Source: an uncultured Candidatus Saccharibacteria bacterium (GTDB lineage Bacteria; Patescibacteriota; Minisyncoccia; Phycocordibacterales; UBA6899). From it: DNA of 64,000 nt. The translations under genes and the position numbers were made by a program. The notes below the pieces were generated by a model. That model was not told where the DNA came from. It worked only from the letters and a program-made list of their open reading frames with translations, and made no database searches. The stretch covers positions 45,777 through 109,776 of the forward strand of contig CAZERF010000001.1 in the NCBI GenBank assembly GCA_964515375.1, in the 5' to 3' direction. How positions within the stretch are numbered: the stretch's first letter is position 1; each line of letters starts with the position of its first letter. This document shows positions 1 through 10,001 of the stretch, in pieces.

Positions 1-583
1 GTAGTCCGGTCACTTCCGCGACCATGTGTGTTAATAGCGCGTATGACGCGATATTGAAAGGGACTCCCAAGAACGAATCACAACTGCGTTGCGTCAGTTT
101 GCAGGAGAGCTTTCCATTTGCGACATAGAACTGGAAGAAACAGTGACAGGGAGGGAGCTTCATCGTCGGAATATCCGCGGGGTTCCACGCGGAAACAATG
201 AGCCTCCGTGAATCGGGATCTGTTTTGATCGCACAGATGAGCTCCTCGATCTGATCGATCGATCCACCGTCGTACGTTCTCCAGTTTCGCCATTGTTTTC
301 CATAGACGGGTCCAAGGTCTCCGTTCTCATCGGCCCATTCGTCCCAGATCGTGACCCCGTTTTCCTTGAGGTAGCGGGTGTTGGTGCTTCCGGAAAGGAA
401 CCAGAGGAGTTCGTGTACGACCGACTTCCAGTGGACGCGCTTGGTGGTAAGGAGCGGAAATCCTTCCGCGAGGTCAAAGCGCATCTCATAGCTGAAGACA
501 CTCAGTGTTCCGGTTCCCGTGCGGTCTGTCTTTTTGATGCCGTGGGTACGGACATGGCGTAAGTAGTCGAGGTATTGCTTCAT
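1..583 (-). CDS. thyA: Thymidylate synthase ThyA (partial; C-terminus runs off the window edge)
   Basis: Manual reverse translation from the CAT start codon at 581-583 gives [30 protein letters not shown]...[17 protein letters not shown]...[21 protein letters not shown]...[10 protein letters not shown] with no stops. These are canonical ThyA motifs. The gene is missing from the ORF track because the stop lies outside the window. Confidence 0.9.
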   Translation of the reverse strand, partial: MKQYLDYLRHVRTHGIKKTDRTGTGTLSVFSYEMRFDLAEGFPLLTTKRVHWKSVVHELLWFLSGSTNTRYLKENGVTIWDEWADENGDLGPVYGKQWRNWRTYDGGSIDQIEELICAIKTDPDSRRLIVSAWNPADIPTMKLPPCHCFFQFYVANGKLSCKLTQRSCDSFLGVPFNIASYALLTHMVAEVTGL

Positions 584-719
584 GTTCTTCCTCCTTGTGT
601 TGTGAACAGTGTGGTGTGTCCGTCACAACTATATCACGGAGAGAAGTCTGTTTGCTCCCCCGGTACCACATTGCAGCGTTTTGTTCTGTCCTTGTCAATC
701 ATTCACGCTCTGTTATACT

Positions 720-1068
720 TGATGCGCACTGTATCAGGCGACCGCGTTTGACTGTTATTGGTCGAATGAGGAAAGTCCGAACTCTCACCCTGTTCAAGGG
801 TCAAAAGGGTAGCGGGTAACGCCCGTCGCGGGTGACCGTAGAGGTGCGAGCAGTGACGCCGATGTCGAAAGACTAGGGTCCCACGGGTTTCCGCGGGATA
901 ATCTCGTCGGAAGGCGAGGGTGAAACGGCTAAATCCTTACCCGAGTGCAAGGCCGTGCCGGAATATCCGGAGTGCCGCTCGAACGACGGAGTGATCCGCC
1001 GTCCAGATAAATGGTCGCCCCTCATGTTTCATGAGGACAGAATTCGGCTTATCGATACAGTGCAAAAG
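720..1068 (+). ncRNA. rnpB: RNase P RNA (bacterial type A-like)
   Basis: Universally conserved GAGGAAAGTCCG is at ~768-779. AGGGTAGCGGGTAACGCC resembles the P4/CR-II region. GGTGAAACGGC is present. The 3' motif ACAGAATTCGGCTTATCG is at ~1037-1054 (E. coli ACAGAACCCGGCTTATCG). A P1 helix forms between GCACTGTATC (725-734) and GATACAGTGC (1054-1063). The exact ends are approximate. Confidence 0.7.
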
Positions 1069-1231
1069 AATGCGCCGTTCCTTCATGGATGTGGCGCATT
1101 CTTTTGCATAATGAGAATTTTGTTGTCTTGTGTGTCTGTGTGTTCAAAACTGTCGCAGAACTTTATGCTATCGTGTTATAATCCAGGCATATTACCCATG
1201 ACTCTTTGAACGGAGGAAGAGTCTCTTAATC

Positions 1232-3757
1232 TTGTTCAATAACGTTATGAACGAAGAACAGCACTATCAGGAGGGAACTCAGGAAGAAAAGCGGTCTTCT
1301 CTCTCACGTTTATTGCTCGGCAAGATCGTCGGTCATCGTATTTTCTCGGACCGGGTCTTGTTCTGGATCGTTTTGGGGGTCTCGTTCTTGCTCCCCATAT
1401 TCTTTGTTCCGGGTCAGTTTGCGACTCCCGAGTTCGCAAAGATACTCCTCCTTGAGGTTGCGGTACTTTTTGGTGTTTTTGCGTGGGCGATGGGACGTTT
1501 ACGAGACGGACATGTCGAGACGCCGAAGAGTCTTTTGCTGCTCATTTCTTTCTTGCTCGTCCTCCAATTTGTTGTCTCGGCGTTGTTCTCACCGTCTCCG
1601 ATCGTTTCGTTCCTTGGTACAGGTTATGATATTGGTTCGGCAAGTATCTTTGTTGTGCTCTTCCTCCTCATGTTCCTCGCGTCACTTGTCTTCCGCGATC
1701 GCGATCGGGTGCTCATGCTCTTTGCGTCATTCTTGTTGAGTGGATTGATCGCAATGCTCTATCACCTTGCTCGCCATCTCTTTGGTGCAGATCTTCTTGA
1801 TTTTGGTATATTCACAAGCCCTGTGGCAACTCCTGTTGGAAAATGGAACGACCTCGCGGCGATCACCGGCGGAGTTCTTGTACTCACGCTCTCCACGCTG
1901 TACTTCTTTCCGGACAATAAGTCGTTGCGTTTTCCGGCAGGTATCATTCTTGCCCTCGGCCTCTTTTTCCTTCTCATCATCGATTTTACTGTTCTCTGGT
2001 TCATTCTGCTCGTGGTTGTAGGTTTCTTGACCGTTCTTTCAGTGTATGAAGGCGAGCGCGCTCATCGCAGATCTCTCGCCGAAGCGGAAGCTTCCGGTGC
2101 GGAGCATCCTCGTCATCCTGTGCACCGTAGGGTGATCCGCCATCTTCCTGTTTTTGCGAGCGTTCTTCTTGTTGTATGTGCAGTTTATGCGAGCGGACTT
2201 GCCACGCTTCCTTGGGGAAGTGAGCGTGCGACCATCGCCGGAGTCATCGCCCGAACACTCAATGCTTCTCCGTATTCCGAGGTCGTGCTTACCCCTAGGA
2301 CAACTTTTGAGATCGTGAGCGCGACACTCCAAGATTCTCCCGTCTTTGGTTCCGGACCAAACCGTTTTGGAAGCAGCTTCTTGCTCCACAAGTCTTCAGA
2401 AATGAATCTTACTCCTTTTTGGGATTCGTCTTTTGATTATGGTGTCGGGCGAATACCGACCTACTTTGGCACAACGGGCATGATCGGCATGTTGCTTTGG
2501 CTCGTCTTCATTGTGGTGCTCCTCATGAAGTCAAAGAAGATCTTTCGTTTGTTTGAACAAGATCGTATTGCTTCATATCTTGCTTTTACACTTTTCCTCA
2601 TGACGATCTATCTTTGGGGGCTTGCATTCTTCTACCTTCCAAATATCGCAATATTCTCACTCGCCTTCGTCTTCACTGGTGCACTCGTTGCGTTTCTTGT
2701 GCACGAACGAGTGCTTGGAGTCCATACCGTCTCGTTCGGGAGTTCGCGCATTTCCATGGTTGTCACGCCGGTCTTGATCGTTGTTCTCGTTGGTATCACC
2801 GCTTCCGGGGTCCTTTTGTATCGACAGGTTTCTTCTCTTGTTTCATTCCGTGAAGCACAACTCGCATTGAATTCAGGGGACCTTGATACAGCGGAGACAG
2901 CGATCAGGCGTGCGGTCGGATTCTCTTCACATGATATCTATTATCGCACGATGAGTAATGTCGCGTTGGTTAGACTTTCACGTCTTGCAAGTGCGACCGA
3001 CATCCCGCAAGAAGAACTTGCAGAGCAGGTAAAGAGTCGCATCAATGATGCCCAGGTGTATGCGCGCCGCGCCATCGAGATCGATCCTGAGAATTTTGAG
3101 AATCATCTCCAGCTTGGAGGAGTATTTGATACACTTGGCTCATTGGGAATCCAGGATACGGGAGAAGCGGCGAGAGCAAGCTATGAGCAAGCGCTCCGCT
3201 TGAATCCCAAAAGCCCGCGGATCCTCTTTGTCCTTGGTCGTTTGGAGTACGTTTCTGGCAATCAGACTAAGGCGAAAGAATATCTCACTCGCGCGCTTCT
3301 TGAGCGTCCGAATTACCTCGAAGCGATCTCTTTTGTTGTTCAGCTCGATCTGCAAGAAGGGAAGACAGAGGACGCTATTGCGGTGCTTTCGAATGGTGTC
3401 GCGGCGGAGCCCACCAACTTCTTGCTCCGCTTTGCCCTTGGCTACCTCCATTACTCGAATGCGAATTATAGTTCCGCGATTCCGGAGTTTGAAATGGCGA
3501 TCATGTTGAACCCCGTCTACTCTGATGCGAAGTACTTTCTTGGCCTTTCCTACGCGCAAATTGGCCGTCGAGACGATGCGATACTCCAATTTACCGACAT
3601 ACAAACATTGAATCCCGATAATGCGGAGGTCATCAAGATTCTCGACAACCTTAAGGCAGGTCGAGATCCGTTCTCCCCGCCTCTTTCTCTTTCCACTACT
3701 CCGATCGAGGATGCTCTCGGAGATCTTGATCAAGGTGAGGGTTCTGTTGAAGAATAG
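1232..3757 (+). CDS. Polytopic membrane protein with an O-antigen ligase/Wzy_C-like core and C-terminal TPR repeats
   Basis: The 841-aa ORF has ~10 predicted TM helices in its N-terminal two thirds. The C-terminal ~250 aa consist of TPR-like repeats (EAISFVVQLDLQEGKTEDAI..., YFLGLSYAQIGRRDDA...). The architecture is typical of Wzy_C/O-antigen-ligase family proteins. Confidence 0.65.
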   Translation: MFNNVMNEEQHYQEGTQEEKRSSLSRLLLGKIVGHRIFSDRVLFWIVLGVSFLLPIFFVPGQFATPEFAKILLLEVAVLFGVFAWAMGRLRDGHVETPKSLLLLISFLLVLQFVVSALFSPSPIVSFLGTGYDIGSASIFVVLFLLMFLASLVFRDRDRVLMLFASFLLSGLIAMLYHLARHLFGADLLDFGIFTSPVATPVGKWNDLAAITGGVLVLTLSTLYFFPDNKSLRFPAGIILALGLFFLLIIDFTVLWFILLVVVGFLTVLSVYEGERAHRRSLAEAEASGAEHPRHPVHRRVIRHLPVFASVLLVVCAVYASGLATLPWGSERATIAGVIARTLNASPYSEVVLTPRTTFEIVSATLQDSPVFGSGPNRFGSSFLLHKSSEMNLTPFWDSSFDYGVGRIPTYFGTTGMIGMLLWLVFIVVLLMKSKKIFRLFEQDRIASYLAFTLFLMTIYLWGLAFFYLPNIAIFSLAFVFTGALVAFLVHERVLGVHTVSFGSSRISMVVTPVLIVVLVGITASGVLLYRQVSSLVSFREAQLALNSGDLDTAETAIRRAVGFSSHDIYYRTMSNVALVRLSRLASATDIPQEELAEQVKSRINDAQVYARRAIEIDPENFENHLQLGGVFDTLGSLGIQDTGEAARASYEQALRLNPKSPRILFVLGRLEYVSGNQTKAKEYLTRALLERPNYLEAISFVVQLDLQEGKTEDAIAVLSNGVAAEPTNFLLRFALGYLHYSNANYSSAIPEFEMAIMLNPVYSDAKYFLGLSYAQIGRRDDAILQFTDIQTLNPDNAEVIKILDNLKAGRDPFSPPLSLSTTPIEDALGDLDQGEGSVEE

Positions 3758-3763
3758 CATCCC

Positions 3764-5446
3764 ATGGTTGAGCGTTTGCTCCGTGTTTTCAACAGAGAAT
3801 GGAACGGTCTTCATGAGGCCGCCTTTCTCTTGGCTGGAACGGCGGTTGTTTCTCAGGTTCTTGGCCTTGTTCGTGATCGCATGCTGGCGCACCATTTTGG
3901 AGCGGGGAGGGAGCTGGATATCTACTATGCGGCATTTCGGATACCGGATCTCCTCTACGCATCCATTGCCTCCTTCGTGGCGGTGACAGTACTCATTCCT
4001 TTTCTTTTGGAACGCACCAAAGATGGTCACCCGACTTCCGAAGGAAGGACATTCATCAACTCGGTGTTTTCTGTGTTCCTCTTTGCGATCACCACTATTT
4101 CTCTCGCACTCTTCTTTCTTATTCCGACCATCGCGCGGCCACTGGTTCCCGGTTTTACAGAAAGTGAGTTCGATCTCTACGTGCTTCTTACACGGCTCCT
4201 CCTCCTTTCTCCTCTCTTGCTCGGGATCTCAAACCTCTTTGGTTCGATCACTCAATCTTTGCGAAGGTTTGTTGTTTTTGCGGCAGGTCCCATCCTCTAC
4301 AACATCGGCATTCTTTTCGGTATCTTTTTTCTTCTCCCGACTCTTGGCATTGAGGGGGTCGTGTGGGGTGTGATCTTGGGAGCATTGCTTCATGTGCTTA
4401 TTCAACTTCCCGTACTTTTCGCCGAGCGTTTTGTTCCGCGGTTGACCTTTCGCATTGATCGTGCTGCGATATTTCGTGTCATTACACTCTCAATACCACG
4501 TACGGTCGCGCTTTCGGTCGGGCAGGTCGCTACGATCATTCTTGTTTTCTTTGCCTCGGGGATGACGGCGGGATCGATCGCTGTCTTTACTCTTGCGATG
4601 AACTTGCAAAGCATCCCGCTTTCGGTTGTGGGTATGAGTTATTCGGTTGCCGCATTTCCTACGCTTGCGCGGCTTTGGACGAATGGGAACAGAGAACAGT
4701 TTGTCGACCAGATCCTCTCAGCATCGCGGCATATTATCTTTTGGTCACTCCCGGCAATCGTTCTCTTTATTGTTCTGCGCGCGCAGATCGTGCGTACGAT
4801 CCTCGGTTCTGGAGCCTTCGACTGGACGGCGACCCGATTGACGGCGGCTGCGCTCGCATTGTTTGCGTTTTCGGTCATTGCGCAGAATCTCGTTCTCCTC
4901 TTTACTCGCGCATTTTACGCGATGGGGCGAACAACATTTCCCCTCATTGCGAATCTCGCGGGCGGATTCGCGATCGTCTTTCTTTCTTTCTTTTTACTCG
5001 CACAGTTCACGCTTCACGATACTTTTCGCTATTTCATTGAGTACATCCTCCGTGTTGAGGGAACTCACGGTACTCAAGTGCTGATGCTCCCACTCGGATA
5101 TTCGCTCGGAATGTTCGCAAATGTTGCCTTCTTGCTCTTCTTTTTGCGTCGAGAATTTCCGTCAATCAGTAGCGGTGTCAAAAGAGCTTTTCTTCATAGC
5201 TTCGCGGCTTCGGTCTTTCTCGGTTTTGTTTCGTACCATGCTCTTCAAGTCTTCGCGTTCATCTTTGATCAGAATACATTCTTGGGAATATTTTTGCAGG
5301 GCCTCTTGGCGGGATTGGTCGGGCTTGTTGCATGGGTCTTTTTGTTGCGTGTCCTTCAGAATCGCGAGCTTGAAGAGGTACACAGCGCGCTCCGCCACAA
5401 GTTCTGGAGGGCGAAGCCGATCGCCGCGGAACCCGAGAGTTTTTGA
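3764..5446 (+). CDS. murJ: Lipid II flippase MurJ/MviN
   Basis: The 560-aa ORF has ~14 TM helices. Its N-terminus VVSQVLGLVRDRMLAHHFGAGRELDIYYAAFRIPDLLY matches the MurJ signature LSRVLGFVRD...FGAG...DAF..AFRIPN. Confidence 0.85.
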   Translation: MVERLLRVFNREWNGLHEAAFLLAGTAVVSQVLGLVRDRMLAHHFGAGRELDIYYAAFRIPDLLYASIASFVAVTVLIPFLLERTKDGHPTSEGRTFINSVFSVFLFAITTISLALFFLIPTIARPLVPGFTESEFDLYVLLTRLLLLSPLLLGISNLFGSITQSLRRFVVFAAGPILYNIGILFGIFFLLPTLGIEGVVWGVILGALLHVLIQLPVLFAERFVPRLTFRIDRAAIFRVITLSIPRTVALSVGQVATIILVFFASGMTAGSIAVFTLAMNLQSIPLSVVGMSYSVAAFPTLARLWTNGNREQFVDQILSASRHIIFWSLPAIVLFIVLRAQIVRTILGSGAFDWTATRLTAAALALFAFSVIAQNLVLLFTRAFYAMGRTTFPLIANLAGGFAIVFLSFFLLAQFTLHDTFRYFIEYILRVEGTHGTQVLMLPLGYSLGMFANVAFLLFFLRREFPSISSGVKRAFLHSFAASVFLGFVSYHALQVFAFIFDQNTFLGIFLQGLLAGLVGLVAWVFLLRVLQNRELEEVHSALRHKFWRAKPIAAEPESF

Positions 5447-5491
5447 TCCTCCTCTTTTGTCGCACTCCACATATTTTGATTTTGTGTTAGT

Positions 5492-7306
5492 ATGACCGAA
5501 CCTATGGACGCACGACATATTCGAAATTTCAGCATTATCGCGCATATCGATCACGGCAAGTCAACGCTGGCCGACCGCATGCTTGAACTCACGCAAACGA
5601 TTGAGAAGCGCAAAATGCACGAGCAAGTGCTCGATTCGATGGAGCTCGAGCGGGAGCGTGGGATTACGATCAAGATGCAGCCCGTCCGCATGTCACATCG
5701 TCACAATGGCGAGGAATATCTTATCAACCTCATCGACACACCGGGGCACATTGATTTTTCGTATGAAGTTTCGCGCGCGCTTCAGGCCGTCGAGGGAACC
5801 CTTCTTTTGGTTGACGCGACACAGGGTGTCCAGGCGCAGACGCTTACTACACTCCAAATGGCTCGCGATCACGGACTTACGATCATTCCCGTCCTCTCAA
5901 AGATCGATTCTCCGCTGGCGCGCACCGAAGAAGTACGCGATGAGGTGGTGCTTCTTCTCGGGGTCAGACCGGAGGAAGTGCTTTTGGTGTCCGGTCGGAC
6001 AGGTGTCGGTGTTCCCGAACTCCTTACCGCGATCATTGAGCGTATTCCGCCTCCCGAGGCGGAGTACGAAGGGCGACCGGGAGCTCGAGCGCTCATTTTT
6101 GATTTCGCGTATTCAAATCACCGTGGAGTGATCCTTTATGTCCGTGTTTTGGATGGGACAATAAAAAAGGGAGCCGAACTATTTTTTACCGCCGCAAGAG
6201 AGCGATTCTTTGGAATAGAGACCGGGTATTTTTCTCCGGGAGAAGTTGAGAAGCCGGAATTATCCGCGGGAGAGATCGGATATATCGTGACGGGGATCAA
6301 ACGTCCCGGCGTTGCGGGTGTTGGTGATACCGTCACGCTGTTCAAAGATCAACTCCCCGCGCTTCCTGGGTATCAAAAACCTCGCCCTGTCGTTTGGGCA
6401 TCTGTTTTTCCCGAGAGCCAGGACGACCTCGCATTGTTGCGGCAAGCATTAGAACGTCTTCAGTTGTCAGACTCGTCTCTTTCTTTCGATGAAGAGTCTT
6501 CGGGAAATCTTGGCCGCGGATTTCGTTGCGGTTTTCTCGGAATGCTTCATCTTGAGATCATTACCGAGCGTCTCAAGAGAGAATTCGGTCTTGAGTTGAT
6601 CGTTACAACGCCGACCATCACCTACGAAGTGACACAGGCACGGACAAAAAAGACTGAGATTATCTATTCCCCGGCGCTTTTCCCTGATGACGGACTTTTA
6701 AGTGCGGTGCGTGAGCCGTGGATCGAGGGGGCGATCATCACGCCGCCCGAGTATATGGGCTCGATCACGCAGCTACTTTTTGATCATGAGGCTGAGACGG
6801 GCGATACCGATATTTTCGGAGACAATCGCTTTAAGGTTGTTTTTCGCATGCCTCTTCGTGAACTGATGCGTGGTTTCTTTGATAAGTTAAAGAGTGTTTC
6901 CTCGGGATTCGCTTCGCTTTCTTATGAGATCGAAGGGTATCGCGATGCCGATGTTGTACGCCTCGATGTACTTGTCGGAGGGGAAGTGGTTCCGGCCTTC
7001 ACTCGTGTTGTTTCGAAACGGAGAGTCGCCGAGGAAGCGGAGACGGCCGTTGAGAAGCTCTATAAGACACTCCCGAGACAAATGATCGTCATCAAGATCC
7101 AAGGGAAGGCATTGGGAAGGATCATTGCCTCACGCTCTCTTTCGGCACTCAAGAAAGACGTGACCGGATATCTCTATGGTGGAGATATTACGCGCAAGAT
7201 GAAACTTCGCGAGAAGCAGAAAAAGGGTAAGAAAAAGATGCAGGAGATCGGAAAGGTCAACATCCCGCCTGAAGTATATGTGAAGATGATCCGAGCCGAT
7301 GCGTAG
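5492..7306 (+). CDS. lepA: Elongation factor 4 (LepA)
   Basis: IRNFSIIAHIDHGKSTLADRMLE G-domain and DTPGHIDF motifs are present. The length (604 aa) and the C-terminal LepA-specific domain fit. Confidence 0.95.
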   Translation: MTEPMDARHIRNFSIIAHIDHGKSTLADRMLELTQTIEKRKMHEQVLDSMELERERGITIKMQPVRMSHRHNGEEYLINLIDTPGHIDFSYEVSRALQAVEGTLLLVDATQGVQAQTLTTLQMARDHGLTIIPVLSKIDSPLARTEEVRDEVVLLLGVRPEEVLLVSGRTGVGVPELLTAIIERIPPPEAEYEGRPGARALIFDFAYSNHRGVILYVRVLDGTIKKGAELFFTAARERFFGIETGYFSPGEVEKPELSAGEIGYIVTGIKRPGVAGVGDTVTLFKDQLPALPGYQKPRPVVWASVFPESQDDLALLRQALERLQLSDSSLSFDEESSGNLGRGFRCGFLGMLHLEIITERLKREFGLELIVTTPTITYEVTQARTKKTEIIYSPALFPDDGLLSAVREPWIEGAIITPPEYMGSITQLLFDHEAETGDTDIFGDNRFKVVFRMPLRELMRGFFDKLKSVSSGFASLSYEIEGYRDADVVRLDVLVGGEVVPAFTRVVSKRRVAEEAETAVEKLYKTLPRQMIVIKIQGKALGRIIASRSLSALKKDVTGYLYGGDITRKMKLREKQKKGKKKMQEIGKVNIPPEVYVKMIRADA

Positions 7307-7489
7307 TCGCGAAGACTAGGCGAAGATCGGAAGATAGAGCAATATCATGCTCGCCGCGACAAGGAGTGCGATTCCTGTCCATATCACATTAAAGATCTTT
7401 TTGTGCTTCTTATTTTTGAGGAAAAACATGGTAAATGGATGCCGCAGACATGTTTTGTCGACGGTTATGGCGTGTAGTATACTACAGCT

Positions 7490-7900
7490 ATGGTCCAAAT
7501 GCTAGATTTTCGGGCGCGCACGCGATTACGCAGGGCAATGTATGCAAAGCCCACGATCATGCTCCTTTTTATCGCTACCGCTTTCGTCGCCCATAGCGCA
7601 TGGTCCATGTATCAAAAAAGTGTTCTCGCGAAGGAAAAATATTCCACATCACAAGAGAAATTAGACAAGACTGAACAATATGAGGCCGAACTTGCTCGTG
7701 ACATTGCGGCATTATCTTCCGTGCGCGGACAAGAGGAGGAGATCAGAGAGCGATTCATGGTTGCTCGAGAAGGGGAGAAGGTCATTGTGATCACCGATCC
7801 TGAAAAGGATAAAGTCCATACGGTGACCGTCCCTACGCAAGAGAATAGTGAGACCATTGTCAGCAAATTGAAAGCGTCGATCGGAGAGCTCGGTGAGTAA
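7490..7900 (+). CDS. Septum formation initiator (FtsB/DivIC-like) small membrane protein
   Basis: The 136-aa ORF has a single N-terminal TM helix followed by a coiled-coil segment (KEKYSTSQEKLDKTEQYEAELARDIAAL) and an EEEIRERFMVAREGEKVIVI C-terminal motif. The match to FtsB is weak but typical. Confidence 0.45.
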   Translation: MVQMLDFRARTRLRRAMYAKPTIMLLFIATAFVAHSAWSMYQKSVLAKEKYSTSQEKLDKTEQYEAELARDIAALSSVRGQEEEIRERFMVAREGEKVIVITDPEKDKVHTVTVPTQENSETIVSKLKASIGELGE

Positions 7901-7968
7901 CTCCTTTGGTTGCGCGAAATACGGTTCGTGCATATACTAGGTTCATTCCCGACAAAAGGGACATCGAA

Positions 7969-8042
7969 GCGGGTATGGTTTAGTGGCAGAATGCGACCTT
8001 CCCAAGGTTGAGATCGGGGTTCGATTCCCCGTACCCGCACCA
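7969..8042 (+). tRNA. tRNA-Gly (anticodon CCC)
   Basis: A cloverleaf was folded by hand. The acceptor stem is GCGGGTA/TACCCGC. The anticodon stem is CGACC/GGTTG with loop TTCCCAA. The T arm is CGGGG-TTCGATT-CCCCG. CCA is encoded. Confidence 0.8.
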
Positions 8043-8143
8043 AAAAGCAAACAGCCACCTTTTCTGAGGTGGCTGTTTGCTTATTTCGAGGCCAACCATC
8101 GCTCTCTGTTGCCTTGCGCTCCATGGGTGTATAATTAGGGTAT

Positions 8144-9328
8144 ATGGAACAGAAAAACTCTATGGATCGCTATGTTTCGGAGCGTCTTGCACGCGGAGAC
8201 GCGCCGGAATCGATCAGTCGAGACCTTTTGCTTGTTGGGTGGAACGAGTCTGACGTAAAAGATTCGGTTGCCCGTGGTCTCATCGCTCACGGTGTCCCGA
8301 CTCCCGAGGCGTATCGCATGGGGGGCGGACGTACTGCATCTACGGTCGACGTTGTTGTTAATTTCTTCTCCTTTATCCTCCTCGCTATCGTCGCGACCGC
8401 GTTTGGTGTACTTTATTATCAGATCATCAATGCATTTTTTCCTGACCCTCTTCAGGTTACGTACGGATCGTATGATGCTTCTCGAAGTGCGATGCACTAT
8501 GCAATGGCAGCTCTTTTTATCGGGTTTCCGATCTTCGTCCTTGTCGTGCGATTGTGGTTCCGTCGTTTTCTTTCTGAGGAAGGTAGGGTCGAGTCAAAGT
8601 TATCGAAGTGGCTTACTTATCTCGTTCTTCTTGTTGCGGCAGTAGGTCTTGTTGGTGACCTCATTACTACCATATTCTTCTTGCTCCAGGGTGAGGTCAC
8701 GATCAGGTTTTTCTTGAAGGCGTTGACTGTCTTCGTGATCTTTGCGACGATTTTCGGATTTTACTTCATTGAGCGTAGGGTTGTGCAGTATCGTGATCCT
8801 CTTCCTCCATTGTTCCTCCGCTCATTCTTCTTTGGTGTCTCGGTCCTCGTTCTCCTTGGTGTTGTGTTGGGATTTGTTGTTGGCGGTTCCCCTTCGACTG
8901 AACGCGCGCGAGGGCTTGATACTCAGCGTGCGCAAGATCTGATGACCCTGTCGGGCTGTGTTGCCGAGTATTCCCGTACGTACGCGCGTCTTCCTGAGAC
9001 GCTTGACGACCTCAATAAAAGCACGGGGTATGTTTATTGCGCGAGTAACATGCTCGACCCTGAGACACGTGTTCCTTATGAGTATAGGGTCCTTGTTCCG
9101 TCGCGTGAACGCGACACGGTTACTGAGGCGGAATTTGAACTTTGCGCGGTCTTCACGCTTGATTCTACAAAAGAGGATGCTTTGCCTGCGAAGGCATACT
9201 CAAGTCCGAAGTCCAAATGGTCACTACATGCGGCGGGAAGAGAGTGTGATCCGGAAACAGTCGTTTTGAAGAGCGCTCTCCCGTTTGTGTCAGAGGGAGG
9301 GAGTATTACACCTATCCCTGTTTATTAA
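8144..9328 (+). CDS. Hypothetical membrane protein (4-5 TM helices with a C-terminal soluble Cys-containing domain)
   Basis: The 394-aa ORF has a hydrophilic N-terminal ~70 aa, then hydrophobic helices, then a C-terminal ~150-aa soluble region. No function was recognised. Confidence 0.55.
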   Translation: MEQKNSMDRYVSERLARGDAPESISRDLLLVGWNESDVKDSVARGLIAHGVPTPEAYRMGGGRTASTVDVVVNFFSFILLAIVATAFGVLYYQIINAFFPDPLQVTYGSYDASRSAMHYAMAALFIGFPIFVLVVRLWFRRFLSEEGRVESKLSKWLTYLVLLVAAVGLVGDLITTIFFLLQGEVTIRFFLKALTVFVIFATIFGFYFIERRVVQYRDPLPPLFLRSFFFGVSVLVLLGVVLGFVVGGSPSTERARGLDTQRAQDLMTLSGCVAEYSRTYARLPETLDDLNKSTGYVYCASNMLDPETRVPYEYRVLVPSRERDTVTEAEFELCAVFTLDSTKEDALPAKAYSSPKSKWSLHAAGRECDPETVVLKSALPFVSEGGSITPIPVY

Positions 9329-9340
9329 CATTAGCATCTA

Positions 9341-9589
9341 TTGCATATGAAACCGGTATCCATCTATACAACTGAGACGTGCGGTTATTGCAAGATGGCG
9401 AAGGAGTTCTTCGTCAAACACAACATCTCGTACGAAGAGTATGACGTGGGGAAAGATCTTGCGCGACGTCAAGAGATGATCGAAAAAACGGGGCAGATGG
9501 GCGTCCCTGTGATCACGGTTGACGGAGAGTTGGTCGTCGGATTTAACAAAGCGCGCCTTTCTGAACTCCTCGATCTTCCCGTTGCGTAA
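9341..9589 (+). CDS. Glutaredoxin-like protein (NrdH/YruB family)
   Basis: The 82-aa ORF has a CGYC active-site motif after the first beta strand (IYTTETCGYCKMAKEF) and a thioredoxin-fold length. Confidence 0.75.
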   Translation: MHMKPVSIYTTETCGYCKMAKEFFVKHNISYEEYDVGKDLARRQEMIEKTGQMGVPVITVDGELVVGFNKARLSELLDLPVA

Positions 9590-9611
9590 GCTCTAGGAAA
9601 TGGGTATCATA

Positions 9612-9647
9612 AAAAGGTTCTTGTGCAAACAAGAACCTTTTGTTTTG
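9612..9647 (+). terminator. Rho-independent terminator downstream of the glutaredoxin-like gene
   Basis: Hairpin AAGGTTCTTG-tgcaaa-CAAGAACCTT followed by TTGTTTTG. Confidence 0.6.
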
Positions 9648-9656
9648 TACTACATC

Positions 9657-9729
9657 GGTACGGCGGTGATGGTGGTTCCTTTGAGGAATCGAACCATGAT
9701 GAGATGTGAATGTTATTTTTGCTCCCGTA
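9657..9729 (+). repeat. Direct repeat copy 1 (73 bp), followed by a degenerate tRNA-like sequence up to ~9783
   Basis: It is identical to 9866-9938. The copy ends in GCTCCCGTA, the first 9 nt of the tRNA-Arg gene. The downstream 9730-9783 retains the GCTCC-GTCCTGA anticodon-arm-like and GGGAGCC acceptor-like segments but is otherwise diverged. Confidence 0.8.
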
Positions 9730-9865
9730 TGAAGTGGATAGTGGAGCTCCGTCCTGAGGTGAGGTGCGGCGTTGGGAGCCCATTCTGATGGGAGCCGCAC
9801 CGCAAGACCTTTTGAGATATTTTGTGAACAATGTGATGCAAAATATCCAAAAGGTGTACTGCGCC

Positions 9866-9938
9866 GGTACGGCGGTGATGGTGGTTCCTTTGAGGAATCG
9901 AACCATGATGAGATGTGAATGTTATTTTTGCTCCCGTA
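9866..9938 (+). repeat. Direct repeat copy 2 (73 bp), overlapping the 5' end of tRNA-Arg
   Basis: Exact copy of 9657-9729. Confidence 0.8.
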
Positions 9939-10001
9939 GTTCAATGGATAGAACAGCTCCGTCCTAAGGAGTTGATGGTGGTTCGATTCCTCCCGGGAGC
10001 A
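9930..10001 (+). tRNA. tRNA-Arg (anticodon CCT)
   Basis: Hand-folded. The acceptor stem is GCTCCCG/CGGGAGC. The D arm is GTTC-AATGGATA-GAAC. The anticodon stem is GCTCC/GGAGT with loop GTCCTAA. The T arm GGTGG-TTCGATT-CCTCC has one U-U mismatch. No CCA is encoded. Confidence 0.65.

Noticed and set aside
7316-7498. 60-aa minus-strand ORF between lepA and the FtsB-like gene
   Set aside because: It is short, has no RBS or homology, and sits in a probable lepA terminator/promoter spacer. A real small membrane protein cannot be excluded, but evidence is insufficient.
7612-8124. 170-aa minus-strand ORF
   Set aside because: It is antisense to the FtsB-like gene and overlaps tRNA-Gly.
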